Below are positions 25,737 through 38,407 of a DNA stretch of 64,000 nucleotides, piece after piece. Under the pieces are notes generated by a model. It had not been told where the DNA came from, made no database searches, and worked only from the letters and a program-made list of their open reading frames with translations. Where the stretch lies: NCBI GenBank assembly GCA_029717555.1, contig JAMDHS010000064.1:1-64000 (forward strand). Direction: 5' to 3'. The stretch comes from Peribolospora baueri. Lineage: Eukaryota. The translations under genes and the position numbers were made by a program. Positions within the stretch are counted from its first letter, which is position 1. Every line of letters begins with the position of its first letter.

Positions 25737-27521
25737 TCACCGGTCTGAGCTCGAGCTCGGCCATGGGACGTATACCCGTCGTGCGTTAATGGCATTCGTC
25801 GACGGGATGTCCACAATGAGGTGCTGCGTCGCGAAGTGGCCACTGGCGTCCTGTGGTGAGCCGCGGCGAACACGAGTCGGATGGGAAGGGGGAAAAGAAA
25901 CGGAAGGTCGTCAGGGCCCCGTGATTACTTCCGCACCACCATGGGAGCGAGGAAAGGGCAAATGCAGATGAAGGGGTAACAGGAGACAGAGAGCGCGAGC
26001 ACACCTTGACGAAGTCCGCGTGCACCTCTCCAGAGCTATACGTCCCCGGCGGCGGCTTGTGACCGAACAAACCACCTCTCGCTCCCCTCTCCCCGTCCTT
26101 GTCCGCGCCGCCGCCGCCTCTGCCCGCTAAGCCGGTCAGGCTTCCAAAAGCGCCTTTGGTCCAGTCGAACCACCCTGCTCGTCCCCGATCATTGGCTTCG
26201 CCAACTCCGTCGATCCCGTCTGCGTGCCCATCCCTATCCCCGTTCCCGTTCGCGCCTAGCGGACTCCTAGGCGTGGCGAGGATGGGTAAATACTCGCCCG
26301 CCGCATCGCGTGCGTCGAGGAGAATGGCTCTTGCGCGCGACTCGATCCATTTGTCATCGACGCCGCGAAGGAAGTCGGAGGCCCATAAGGGTAGCCATCC
26401 CGAGGAGGAAAGGCGCTCGTACAGTCTGCGAGGGGCACCGGAAGGAGGGAGTGGGGTACCTTCGACAAAGAAGCGAAGGACCTGGGATAGGAGGGTAGAC
26501 AACCGAACGAAACAGTAGTGTAAGCGAGCAGCAAGTCTAAGAAAATGATGAAGGACGACCGGCTAAAAGGGTGCTCACCAAATGCTCCCGACCTTGCTGA
26601 TCCACGTAGATTTGGCTTGCCAGTCTTCGGTTCCGGCGGAGGCGAGAGAGGGAGGGGTCCCCGTGGGCTGCGATGGGCGGGAGTAGGTAGGAGAGGATCT
26701 GTAGAGGACGGCGGAAGGGTGCGACAGATATAGCGAGGAAACGAGGAGTTCGGGGAAATAGGAGGAAAAATCAGCATCACATTATCTATGCTCGTTGTTC
26801 CGCGCTAGTCCCGGCACGTTCAGCTCCTACCCACTTCCTCGTCCTTGCGGATCTGCTTCACCGAGCGGTTAAACAACACAGTCGGACTGTTGCGAGCAAA
26901 AAGTTCTGTGGAGATGGCCCATGCAAGAATGACGGCCAGTCCTCCTCCGAGGACGATCACGAAGAAGTTTGTTGTCTGGCGTGTTGCTCGGATCACTAGT
27001 GCGAGGCGGAGGGTTGGGGAGAATCGGAGGCAGAAACGATACAGGTGAGCATGTGACACACAGTAGGTGACCTGAAGCGAGCGGGTGGCAATAACCCAAC
27101 TGGCTGATTACCCACCTTTCTGTCCGCCTGTCAACTGCCCCCATTTCTTCTCGCTCACATCCACAGACAAGCTTTTATCCTTATACGTCCCGCCGCTACC
27201 ATCGCCTTTAGTCAGCTTTATTCTGCCGAGGGGTAAGCCAATGGTCTCTCCGCCCAGCGAGCTTGAAGCGGTCCTGCGCTCCTCGCTGAGCTGGTTGAGC
27301 AGCCTCCTCGTCTGTTCTTGGGTCGCCGAAGAGTCTGTGGGAACGGGCTTGGCGGACAGAGAGCAAGATGTGGAGAAGGCCCGGTGGGACGAGCACGCGT
27401 AGGGGAGGCGAACGAAACGAGCGGATGGATTCGACGAGTTCTTCCTGGAACCCAAAGCCTGGGCTGCTGCGCCCTGGTCCAGCCGCGAGACCAGGAAAAC
27501 GAGCGAGCGAGCGTTGGCCAT
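25737..27521 (-). CDS. TIM21: Tim21, TIM23 translocase subunit, multi-exon
   Basis: Presequence-like N-terminus, then KKWGQLTGGQKVIRATRQTTNFFVIVLGGGLAVILAWAISTELFARNSPTVLF, LRFFVEG and GEVHADFVK. The last exon is DASGHFATQHLIVDIPS..RRVYV..*. Confidence 0.88.
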
Positions 27522-27744
27522 AGCAATCGTGGTTGATGTGGGCGCCGGCGAAGGAGTAATTGTCGTCGCCTCGTCGCTCCTCTTTCTTAATCGGGCGATC
27601 GAGCGCGCGCTTGAAGCTGCGGCTGCGGCTGCGGCTTTTCTCCGTCTATCTCCGCTCGCCTCGTCCCTCCACGCTCGCTCTCAGCTCGTTCCCAACGTCG
27701 TATCTTCTTCGCCAGCGCCTCCATCTACACCGACAGCGACGACC

Positions 27745-28537
27745 ATGTCTCGTATCGCTTCTTCGCTCGCTCGAGCTGCCGCCGGCAGCCGAGTCCCTGC
27801 CCGCGCTTCTCTCCGGGCGGTCCGATCTCCACTACCTCCCCTCTCGCGAGCCGTCACCTCCGCACCACCGTCATCTTTCACCTCCGGGCCCTCGATCGCT
27901 TCCGCTTCCTTCTCGACCACCCGCGCAGCGCGCGCCTCTGAAAGCGACGCACCACAATTCCCTACCCTCCCGCCCGGCTTTGAGAAGATTGCAGAGTCGC
28001 CTGAGGCCATCCAAGCCATCCAGCAGCTTGCAAAGTTGCTTGAGGAAAGGGGGGGCGTGGATTTGAAGAGCGGAGAGAGGCCTGGGATCATGAGTGAGTC
28101 GGGTTGGCTTACCGGCTTCGTAGGCGCACGGTGAACATGTTTGAATATGGTCGTTGGTGTTCTGTCATTTTGTGACGTGTGCCTTTAAACCGGCCTGACT
28201 GACTCTTCGCGTGTCCTGTCGGCAGCCATGATGAAGCTCGCGAACGACAAGGAAGTGAGGGGCCAAGTCCAGAAGGGTGAGCGGGACCGAGGCAGCTAAT
28301 GACGTCTAGCCGGCCTTGGGGGCCATCTGTCAAGGCTCCCCGTCGTTCTCTTTCGTCGCCAACCTGACCCGTCTCCCACTCCACCTCATTGCTGTCTACC
28401 CCACCGCCAAACTCCCGGCAGTCATGGAAGCGCTCAACAAGGCTGGCGTCGATCTTTCGCCGGAGAACATGCGCAACATGATGGCCGGCTTCGGAGGTTT
28501 CCCCGATGACCGAGGCAACGGTGGGAAGAAGAAATAG
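27745..28537 (+). CDS. Small, probably mitochondrial uncharacterised protein (3 exons)
   Basis: R/S/A-rich, acid-free N-terminus ending FSTTRAAR. The spliced C-terminus is KIAESPEAIQAIQQLAKLLEERGGVDLKSGERPGIMTMMKLANDKEVRGQVQKVMEALNKAGVDLSPENMRNMM. Confidence 0.75.
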
Positions 28538-29089
28538 ATCGATGGCTGGGAGAGCTGGACCGTCCGGTCGGGGAGAGGAGAGGCGAGACGGCGCCCACTG
28601 GCGCGACTTAGGCGCCTCCCATCTGAGTCTCCCCGTGTAGCATATTAAATGAAGCAACACCTTGCTCGAGCAATTCATGGCTGTCCATGACGATCACACC
28701 TTACGCTTCGGCCTTGCATGACAACGAGCACCGCAAGGGAATGATGTAGAACGGTCAGTACGGATCTTGATTCGCACACAGGATGGTCGATGCAATAAAG
28801 TCCATGTATATGTACTTGCTTTGACCGGACAGTCACACAAGGCCAGAAGGGGAGCGAAGGGATAGATAGAAGGGGGTTCATGATCCGAGGAGACTGTGTG
28901 GGGTATGACTGGCACGGAACATGGGATGGAACAGCAGGTGCGTGCGATAAAAAAGGAATGATGACTGAATACGAGAATGGCGTCCACATGCTGCCTGAAG
29001 TGTTGAAGCCCCCCTAGCAGTGTCCTCTACGACCATCTGTACCAGTATCTCCCTATAATCTACTTTGCATGGTCTCTAGTGATTGGCCC

Positions 29090-32000
29090 CTACAACTGGA
29101 ACTGCCGAAGCTCGTGTCGGAGGTCCATCTGCGGCGGACACACGTAGTTGAGCTTCTCCAGAAAGCGGTCAGGGAGGACGGGGATGGGCTGCCAAGCGAT
29201 CCGCCTTTCCCTCTCCGCCTCGAGCTCTTGAGACGAGTCCGCGTCTTCGCCTCCGTCTTTCTCTTCCTCCGGCCCGGTGAGACCGCCATAGCTCTCTCCG
29301 CCGTTGCCGACAGGCGTCCGCCGACCGGACGAAGAGCCGCTGCCACGATCGCACATCGGACTGGGACTCGTCGGCCGACTAGCAGGGACGTTAGGACTGG
29401 CGGCCCTTCTGAGGTTTGGCGTACCCGTGCCGGTGAAATAGCCCGTCCCGAAACCGAACGCGTCGCCGGGGACGACGGCGAGGTGCTCGGGCTTTTTCGG
29501 CAGGGAGAAGGGCAGCATGTATCGACTGTCCAGGAGCTCGCCAAGACAATCCGGTCGCGGAGGAGGAACGTAATCTGCCACGCTGCGGCCTGGGAGGAAC
29601 AGCTCCTCGATCGCCCGCGCCGCCGCGGCGTCTTCGGCCGACATGACGTCGGCGGGTTCGGCGGTCGCGTCGTCCTGCTCGTCTTCATCCGCATCCGAGT
29701 CGCCGATATGCGTGCCATTCGGCGTCACCGTACCCTCGCGACGGTGCTGTGTTGGCGAATGCGCTCGCACGGCCTTGGCCATTCGCTCTCGGTTCCGTTC
29801 CAGGTTATCCACCGATACCGCCACTCGCCGTTGGTCCCCTGAACGTTGCATTCGACAAAACGAGACAACAACGGTTCAGCTTGTCAGACAACCTTGGCAA
29901 AAAGGGGACCATGGACGACCGTCTTGGACGACCGACCGACCCCTTTCCTCTGCGCAAACGATGAACAGTTGGAGAAACTCACAATCCTTCTGTAGCTGCA
30001 ACAGATACTGCACGCATTCCTCCTCCATCTTGCCTTCACCGGCCTCGTACCTGTACTCCCTCACCGCCCTCCGCATTTGAAGCGGGTTAAGCTTCTTGAG
30101 GCCCTGCATGGTGGCGATGAGGCTATCAAAGTCCTTTAGCTGGCTCTGACACTGCAACCAACTGATCAGCTGGTTCAGAGGTCCGAGGTGACCGTGTAGG
30201 ATGCTGAGCGGTAGGGCGTTGGTGCGAGCCCAGTCTTCGATCGAGCTCACGTTGAGCCGGATCTGGATGGCCTTGGAGCGACAGAGGTACTTCTTGCGGG
30301 TGAGGACCCTGTTGAACAGCTCACAGGAGAGCCAATAGAAAACTTGGCTGATCATCTGCACCACCACTGCTGGGTTGATCTCGTAGAGCTGGAGAACGTG
30401 CAAAGTACTCTCAAGGAGGGTGGTCACCGTGTGAGGAGAAGGGGCGGCGAGGAGATTGGAAGAGGAAGGACGGGAGGAGAGCGCCGAGGTAATCATCGAC
30501 ATCGGTCGGCGAGACGAGCCGGAGAAGCCTGCTCCTGACAGACCTGGAGAGGGGTGAGGCTCCATGAACGCGGTAGTCTGCGGAGCGCCTCTGCCTGGGC
30601 TTGTCGGATCGGTGCCCAGATCGCCGGGGAAATTGCCTGGACTGCTCGACGTCCTGGACCGACCGATGATGCTGCCCCTCTTGTTCTTGAGCGCCTTGAC
30701 GATCCTCCACTCGCCCTCGAAACGCACGTCCTGCAGACCAGGTACACTTTCATGGTCCAGCACGGCGGCGTCGAGGATCCGGTCGACTCTTCGCTCAGTG
30801 TCGCGAATAACTAAGACGTACATCTCGTTGATGAGGTCCGTCAAGAGCTCGACGTATGCGCTCGAGATCGGTGAAAGCGCGGGGTCCTTCTTAAGGTAGT
30901 GCATGAGCAACGTGCAATTGAACAACCAAAAGGCGGTATAGGTCATCTCGTTGGCGTGATCCTGCAGAGCCGATCGCAGGCCGAAGGGAAGTTATCAGCG
31001 GAAACTTCGCATACGAGAGAAGACACATCAAAGAGGTCCCTCCATCCCACTTACGTAGATTATTTCCTCCAACCTATCCACCGCACACAGCATCAACTCC
31101 TCCAAGTCGCCCTCCTCGCCCCACAAGCCCGCGTACCTCGCCAGCAAGAAGAGCGCATTTGCCGGCATGGCCCTGGTCGTCCAAGGTGCTCGAACCGGCT
31201 TCGCGTCCGAGACTATGACGTCGAGCAACTCGGGCAGCTGGTGCTGTGAGAAGACGAGCATGTCATGACCGAGAAGCGAAGGAGAGTCAAAGCTGAAGGA
31301 GGACGACTCGAGAAGGGAGATGGAAGACGGTCCAGTGCCGACCGGCAGTTCTCTCGCCTGTCCACTCCCCCCGGCCTCTGCTCCACCGATGGGTCCGCTG
31401 AAGCCGTCGAGCGGGCGACGTAGCGATGGACTGGGCTCCTCGTGTTCTCCAGCCAGATGGTCATAGTCAACTTCCAGCATCTCCGCCGCATCGAGCATGA
31501 CGCGTCGCCGCACCTCGTTGATCTCTCTTTCCCGCAGTGCCTCCTCTGCGCGCTCGTTGCGCTCCGATCGGGTCAGCACCGCCGTACCGGTCGCCATGCG
31601 TCTTTGTGCCAGCGAGCGCCCAGTACCGGTGCCTGAAGAGGTGGAGACAGAGAAGTCGGGAGAAGCAGGGCGAGGGGGGAGACCAGAAGACGAGGCTGGT
31701 GGTCCAGGAGAGGGCGAGGAGGAGTGACTTCCGCTGGAGACCGGGGCAGACGCGGACAAGATGGAGCTCACGCTCTCCGACCTCGCCCGCTCCTTCGCCT
31801 TTTCTCGCTCCCTGGCACCTAGCTTGACCCTCTCGGCGGCCGTCAAACGCGCCTTCATCTGATTGTGCTCGTGGAACTGATCGGCGATGGCTTCTCGGTC
31901 AGCGATGGTCATCGCAGTCGTCGGGGAAACGGGTCGAAGATTTCCAGAGGATGAGGAGCTGAAAAGAGAGCCTGAAGCGTCGGGAGACAGAGACGGTGTG

Positions 32001-32804
32001 GAGGCGACCAGAATATCTTCGCAGGAAGTACCGTATCTTGAACGGTGAGAGAGGTCTGCCCCGTGAGAAAGCAGGAAGGTGACGAGCGGAGCATTGGCAA
32101 CTGTGGTCGCCCAAGACAATGGCGTCCATCCATCTGTTCACGGCCGCCATCAATCGGAGCAAAGGAATAAGTGAGAAAAGCCGAGGTCGTCTTTACCAGG
32201 CGCAGGAGCGTTTAAGGGAGGCTGACCCACCGACGTCCTCATCGTTTACGTCGGCCCCCTGTTGCACTAGCAGGCGCACACAGTCGACGTGCCCATACAT
32301 ACTGGCCAGAAGCACCGCGCTGTTCCCATCCTCATCTCTTCCTCCAAGGTCCTTGATCCACGGCCTGGCCTCTCCATTCGGGGCCAAAAGCCAGCCCAGG
32401 AGCTCAACGTCTCCGTTGCTGGCTGCCCGAAGTACGGCTCGCTGAGCCTTGAAGCTTTTTTCGCTTTCCGGCACGTCCGGCTTGGAGAAATGGCGCTGCA
32501 GAGCTTCGATACTGGGGCAAAGGTCGAGGACTGGATCGAGGAAGTTAAGCGAGGGATGGTGAAGAGCGGGAGAACGCGGGGAGTGGGGAGCGGGAGGGAA
32601 TGGTATGTTTCGAGGCCGTTCAAACAGACCCGATGAAGTGCGGGTGGAAGACAGCATGGCTGACGGCAAGGGCGACAAAGGCGACGCTGGCTCGAGGTTG
32701 ATTGGCGGTGGACGGTGCTGGGACAATCGGGCAGTCGAAGCCCTCAGGCCCGCGCCGCCTTCAGCCATAGCCAGTAGAGACCCTGGACGACCTTGCTCCG
32801 TCAT
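29090..32804 (-). CDS. Ankyrin-repeat plus DIL (Dilute) domain protein, multi-exon
   Basis: Ankyrin repeats (RAASNGDVELL, GNSAVLLASMYGHVDCVRLLVQQGADVN, DGWTPLSWA), MPANALFLLARYA and AFWLFNCTLLMHYL. The DIL domain reads SQVFYWLSCELFNRVLTRKKYLCRSKAIQIRLNVSSIEDW..LNPLQMRRAVREYRYE. Confidence 0.9.
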
Positions 32805-33301
32805 CGAGAGAGCGCCGTCCTACCTCAGGGATACCTACCAGGTGCGATGTCCTTGTCTCTCAGTTGTCGCAGCCGGTCGACTGGCTTGAAGCGCCGCTTT
32901 GGGAAGAGGCTCCCCGCTAGGCACCGTGTGGCTGCGCTACGACCGGAGCTCTAAGAGAGAATCCGGAGGGCAAACACGCTGGCGCCGATAGGGTCGCTAT
33001 CCCCTACCTCTGCCCCTTAAAGGTATCCAAAACAAGCGAAGACGGCCGAGGGGGAGAGAGACAGATGATAGATGTCGACAGCGCCTCCATCCCGGATCGC
33101 AACTTCCATCACATCACGGCCGGTTGCATCACGCGTCAGGACGCCCGTGCCCCCTTGCCGCAGTCTCCACGTGATTTGATAACCGCCTAATCCCGCTCCC
33201 GTCCGCAACTCGAGAATTTTGGACGGCATTTCTCTACTGGAGGTGAGTGCGATTCTGTCTAAGCGTCCTTCCTCTTCGCACATCGTTCATACCCAAAATT
33301 C

Positions 33302-34719
33302 ATGTCCGGCAAAGACTCAAAAAAACGCCGCCTCTCGGCCCCCGGACCGGGAGCATCCACTTCATGGAACCCCAGCGCCACAGGCAAGGGCCGGTCCGCG
33401 CAAGCGACGAGCGGGAAGAGCGCCGTCAATGGCAAGGCCAAGGCCAAGCTCAGCATGCAGGTTCCTGTATCTGCTTCAACGGGGTCCAAATTGAAGGGCA
33501 AGGGCAAGGGCAAGGTTGTGGGGGACGTCGAATCCGATGACGAGGGAATGGACGTGCGAGGGGAGATTGAGTTGGAGAGGGAGCATGGGAAAGGACGCAA
33601 GAACAAGCGCACCGAGGTAGACGAGGATGCGGATGAAGAGATTGAGGCGGCACAAAGGGAGGCGAAGAGCAAGAAGACGAGCAGTGAGTGGCACTTTGGC
33701 CGCCTTGTGTCTCGGAGCAGGATGGCTCGTATGGCTCGGATCGTTCCACTCCTCTCGCTGGCCTCCTTCTGACCTCGTCACTTGGCTTTCTATCGAACAG
33801 AACGCAAGCGAAGGGCGACCTCTCCAGAAACGTTCGGTAACGCTCTCCTCTCCCTCCTCGGCCCAGATGCGCAGCTCCAGCAACAACAACAGCACGAGCA
33901 GCGTGAAGGGTCGCCCGCTTCGTCTGTTGCTCCCTCCGTCAGCGCGTCGGTAACAACGACGACGATGGGAGGAGGAGCGTCGGCGATTCTCTCCCTCGCC
34001 CCCGGACTCACGAAACGCATTGCTTCTGACAAGCTCTCCAGTAAAGCCGCGCGAGTGGTCCGGGCTCAGAAGAGGGAGAAGGAAGAAAAGGGTCGCGTTA
34101 AGGACGTCATCGGCGGCTGGGGCCCTTCGGGTGTTGCCCCAGGTATGGAGAAGGAGGATGTGGAAGAGGCGGAGAAGATGGCTTCGGTGACAGAAGAGTT
34201 TGAGGGCAGTCAGATATACGAGAGGAGGTTGAGGAAAGTGGCGCAGCGAGGTGGTAAGTCGGCGTTCACAGGTCGACGCGAGGACTGGACTCGTGTTCAT
34301 TTCGCACCCATTCGATGTCGTCCCTGGTCCTTTTTCGATTCGTCTCGCAGTCGTCAAGCTCTTCAACGCCATCCGCGCGGCTCAAGCCACTTCGGTCGAC
34401 GACGTCGCAGCCGCCAAGGCGACCGGAAAGGTCGGTGGTAGCATTGGCGACGGGAAGAAGAGCTTCAGCGAGAAAGGACTCGCGCCTGGAACTGTGGGAG
34501 CTGGGAAGAAGCAAATCAACGCGTTGGGTGGGAAGGACGAGGCTCGTGAGTGTCTTCTCTCGTTTCGTACATTTTCGTTGGGGAGGGGGAAATTTTCACA
34601 GCACTTTGTTGCTTGCTTGGGATTGACGGTTTGTGGCATTTTCCTTTCTTTTCCGTGTCCTCCCAGTGACCAGCCTGTCCAAGCGCAACTTCCTCGACCT
34701 TATCCGAGGAGGTGCGTAG
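33302..34719 (+). CDS. RRP15: Rrp15, pre-60S rRNA processing protein, multi-exon
   Basis: GRVKDVI, ERRLRKVAQRGVVKLFNAIRAAQ (across an intron) and the C-terminal SLSKRNFLDLIRGGA*. Confidence 0.9.
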
Positions 34720-35288
34720 AGATCCGCTCGGTCTGTATACTTGTAGAACGACTCCATGCGCTCTTCGCAAACAGTACATAGAAGTCGATTTGCAAGGGGC
34801 GAAGAGCAAATAGTGCGGCCGTGCTCTCGACCACCAATGTGGCCGACGACCTGATTCCTTCCTGGCCTTGACCATGCGACTCCGGTCGCGAGCTGTCTGC
34901 CTCCTATGTACCTGCACATGTTGGACTGGCGACCGGGTCGTTGAGACGAGTAGTCGGAAGAAAATATACGGGTGCCGACCCCGAAGACGGTGTCGTCGCT
35001 TTCACGTGTAAAGAACGAGGAAGCTTTCTGCTGCACAAGGCCGATCGGCCTCCTCGTCCGGCCCGGAAACGTTCTCCTCCGCGTCCCTCTCCACTCCTCC
35101 GCCCTGACCTTTCCAAAGCATCGGCACATCGGATGCACAGCGCCCTCGGCCAGCGAGCGCTGTGGCTTGGGGCTGGGGCTCCTTCCATGAGAGTAGAAAA
35201 CTGGACAGAGGTCTCTTTCAGCGCCATCGCTGCCCTCGCACTCTCGTATCTCATCTCCTCACCACACTTCTGAGCACAGTTCCCAAGC

Positions 35289-37159
35289 ATGACATCTCTC
35301 CTCCGCCGCCAACCGCTGAAAGGAGCGTACATTCTGCTCTGCCTAACCTACTATGGCGGCTTCAAGGCGCCCCTCTGGGCGCTCAAGTACCTCCTCCTAC
35401 CCAGCTCGCGGCCCTGTCGAAACTACACGCTCGTCGAGAGCGTCTTCGTCACTCTCCTAACCCGCCTCACCTACCTCCTCCCAAACGCCGGCCTCGATAT
35501 GGGCGCCGACCCCACGATCGAGAAGAAGCGGCGCTGCTTCAGCGAGAGCACTTGGGTGCGCGTAGCCCCTGCTCCGAAGGAGATCATCAAGGGCGAGCTG
35601 CAGAGGCTGTGCACGTTGGGCAGGGGCGCGGTGCCCGTGCCAATCTCCGGGTACTGGTACGGCAAACGGGAGCACAGGGGGGATGGGAAGAGCCCGGTAA
35701 GGGCGAGGAAAGGGGAGAAGATTGTGTACTACATTCATTCCGGCGCGTACATCTCGTTGGCGGCCCACGAGAAGAGTTTTACCTCCGGTGAGTCGATGGC
35801 GCTCGGCGGCGGCGGTGGGGTGTGAGGGCATGTTGGCGAGAATCAAGCGGAGGGAAAGGGGAACATGGGCACAACTGACGCTCATATCATCTTCTTTCCC
35901 GGTCTTTGTGGAACGCAGCGGTCCCAAAGAGTATCCTCAAGGTGAGATTCTCTCCACCAAGCCTGAGCAAGGCATGCTATCTATCCACTCACCCTCCCTT
36001 GACCTCGGCGCCTCCATATTCCCTTCGATGCAGGCGGCCGCACGCTCCACCCCCGTCCGTCGCATCTTCTCCATCGAATACCGCCTCGCCACTAGAGCTC
36101 CCTTTCCGTCTCCGATCCTCGACGCGCTCTCTGGATGGCACTACCTGGTGAACGAGTGCGGGTTTGAGCCGGAGGACATCGTTGTCATGGGAGATAGCGC
36201 CGGTGGTGAGTGGTATGGATGAAATAAGGGTGCCCTGCTCCGTACCCTTGGCAGTTCGTTTCTAGCCGAGCCTGCCGTCCTTTGGCATTCACTCACCACC
36301 ATTCCCTTCCTTCGTTTCATTCAATTTCACCGTAACCCCACACCCATAGGCAACTGTGCCCTAGCCTTAACCCGCTACCTCCGCGACACGAATCTGACCT
36401 CGTTGCCGGCAGGCCTTCTCCTCTTCTCTCCATGGACCGACCTCTCCGGCTCGCACTCCGGCCCAGGCTTTTCTGGAGACAGGAACATCCCCTCGGATTA
36501 TCTTCCACCTTTTGTTGTTAATTATTGTGAGCAAAGGAGAGGGCGTGGAAGGGGGCCGATGAGAGGAACGTGGCCGTGTCCTTCGTGAGCAATGTGGTCT
36601 GATCCAGCTTGTCTGCCTGCATGTCATCCGCGCCCCAAGCCGTCGCGACCATCACCAAAGGACTTCCGGAAGACGCGATCCGACACGAGTACTTCTCAAG
36701 CTGCAGCCTCACCCTTCCGGCGACGAAGGAGCTCTTCCACGGCTTCCCTCGGAGCTTTATAGGTGCTAGGTGAGCTCTCGAAACGCCAAGCAGAGCGGAT
36801 GAGAGGAGACCATGGACATATTCAGAGTTGATCCGAACTCGCGTCCCTTTTCTTTCCGCTCCTCCAGCGACCGAGAACGCCTCGTGGACGAGATCCGCAC
36901 TCTATACACCCGCCTCGCTCTTTCAGCGCCCACTGTCGACCCGCGTACCCAGACACAGTTGCCCCCGATTGACCCCGCGACCCCGTCTGCCTCCGCTGGC
37001 GCGTGGGTGCAGTACGTCGAGAGCCAGAACTCGCCGCACGACATCTTGGTCTTGCCCCCGTTCGTTTTCCGGCGGCAGCAGAAGGAGTTGGTGACGCTTG
37101 CCGTGCTGTGGCTGCGCGAGGTCTTGGGGTCAGGCGAGGAGGGCCGGGCGAAGAACTGA
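35289..37159 (+). CDS. Alpha/beta hydrolase of the hormone-sensitive-lipase-like (abhydrolase_3) family, multi-exon
   Basis: YYIHSGAY, FSIEYRLA..PFPSPILDAL, the nucleophile elbow MGDSAGGNCAL, LFSPWTDL, FPRSF..ERLVDE and SPHD. Confidence 0.88.
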
Positions 37160-37799
37160 GGCGCGATCCTCTCCATCCTTCTGGAAGCCCATACCCGAAG
37201 CTTTGCTGGACTTATGTCCGTTTCATCCTCAAGCCGAAGGCTCTTTCTCCTCAGTTCGCCCCGGACTTGCACTGGAGATTCCTGTTAAATCACGAACACA
37301 TATTAATAAATATGTTATTTGTAAGCGTCCTCGCCGAATCATCGCACGACGAGCGCGTCGAAACTTTTTTGACTGCGGCGAGTCGGCACACGTCATAATG
37401 ACGACGGGTTCGAGTGTTCGCTCGTCATGGGTTTCGCTTCACCTGCCTTCATCCATTGCCTTCTTTGAGTAGGAATGGCCCGCAATAGACCCCACTAACA
37501 CGCTCGTCTGCTGTGATTATCCTACTTGCACCCGCTAAGAGGTTGTCTTGCGGTTCTGTGGCCCGCTCTGGTATGGTAGGCCGACGCTGGTGATGGTCGA
37601 CGAAGCAGATATGTGGGCTGAAAGTGGGCTCGACGTTTCCTCGTCTCAGTTTACACCACAGCCGCCGCCGGACCCAGACATGGTGGGCTTTGCTGGCTGA
37701 TTCGTATGGAGAGGGGAGCTCCTAGGCCGGCTGGGCTCTCAGGTTCCTTCTGACGCACCAATGAAGCAATCCATTGGCCGATTTCCCTCCGTCGTTCAG

Positions 37800-37813
37800 T
37801 ATTAGTTATAAGT
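37800..37813 (+). promoter_or_regulatory. Probable TATA element of the microprotein gene
   Basis: TATTAGTTATAAGT is followed by a pyrimidine-rich tract, about 300 bp before ATG 38114. Confidence 0.45.
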
Positions 37814-38113
37814 CGTCTCCCTCCTACTAATCCCGCATTCCTTCTCCAACAACCAGCAGCTAACACACTTTCGATCACCTTTGCAAATCGCCTTGCCTTT
37901 TCCCTCAAACGGCCTGTTCCTTCGAGGCAGACGACCCCAGATCGCCAGAAGCCTGACGCAATCTTACATTCACTACTGCAGCTGGGTCGAACGACCCGCT
38001 CGATTTCCCATTCCGAGATCGTGGCCGCCCAGGTCGAACGAACACTTCCAGTGCTCACCACATCTCCGACCTCCAACTCTGTCCCTCGTTCCTCCTTCTA
38101 CCAATCACTTCCC

Positions 38114-38407
38114 ATGACCGCCGTTCAACACCCGAGCAACATCGACTTCACAGACCCCTCGTTGACGGCAGCGACAATGCAGAACGGCTTCTCTGCAGAC
38201 GAAAACGTCGAGATTGCTCTACGCCGCTATGCGCAGCAGCTCTATCAGCACACCGTTTCCATGTGGGAACAGGAGCGCAGGGAGATGGAGATGAAGGGGA
38301 GGGAGCACGGCGCTCACCACAGCCACTCCTCTACTCCCTCGCATAGCGCTGTTAGAGGAGGCGCAAGGCAGAGTCCGCAGAGGCATCAGCATCAGCAGCG
38401 CACTTGA
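38114..38407 (+). CDS. 97-aa intronless small protein of unknown function
   Basis: MTAVQHPSNIDF..VEIALRRYAQQLYQHTVSMWEQERREMEMK forms an amphipathic helix. It has an upstream TATA-like element and sits alone in a long intergenic space. Confidence 0.65.
   Translation: MTAVQHPSNIDFTDPSLTAATMQNGFSADENVEIALRRYAQQLYQHTVSMWEQERREMEMKGREHGAHHSHSSTPSHSAVRGGARQSPQRHQHQQRT

Noticed and set aside
28957..28999. ATGATGA..CTGA pair resembling C/D snoRNA boxes
   Set aside because: The span is only about 40 nt, there is no recognisable guide, and it lies in convergent 3'UTRs.
35188..35273. Upstream ATG (MRVENWTEV..) as the hydrolase start
   Set aside because: The frame stops at 35273 and there is no convincing intron. 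ATG 35289 is preferred.
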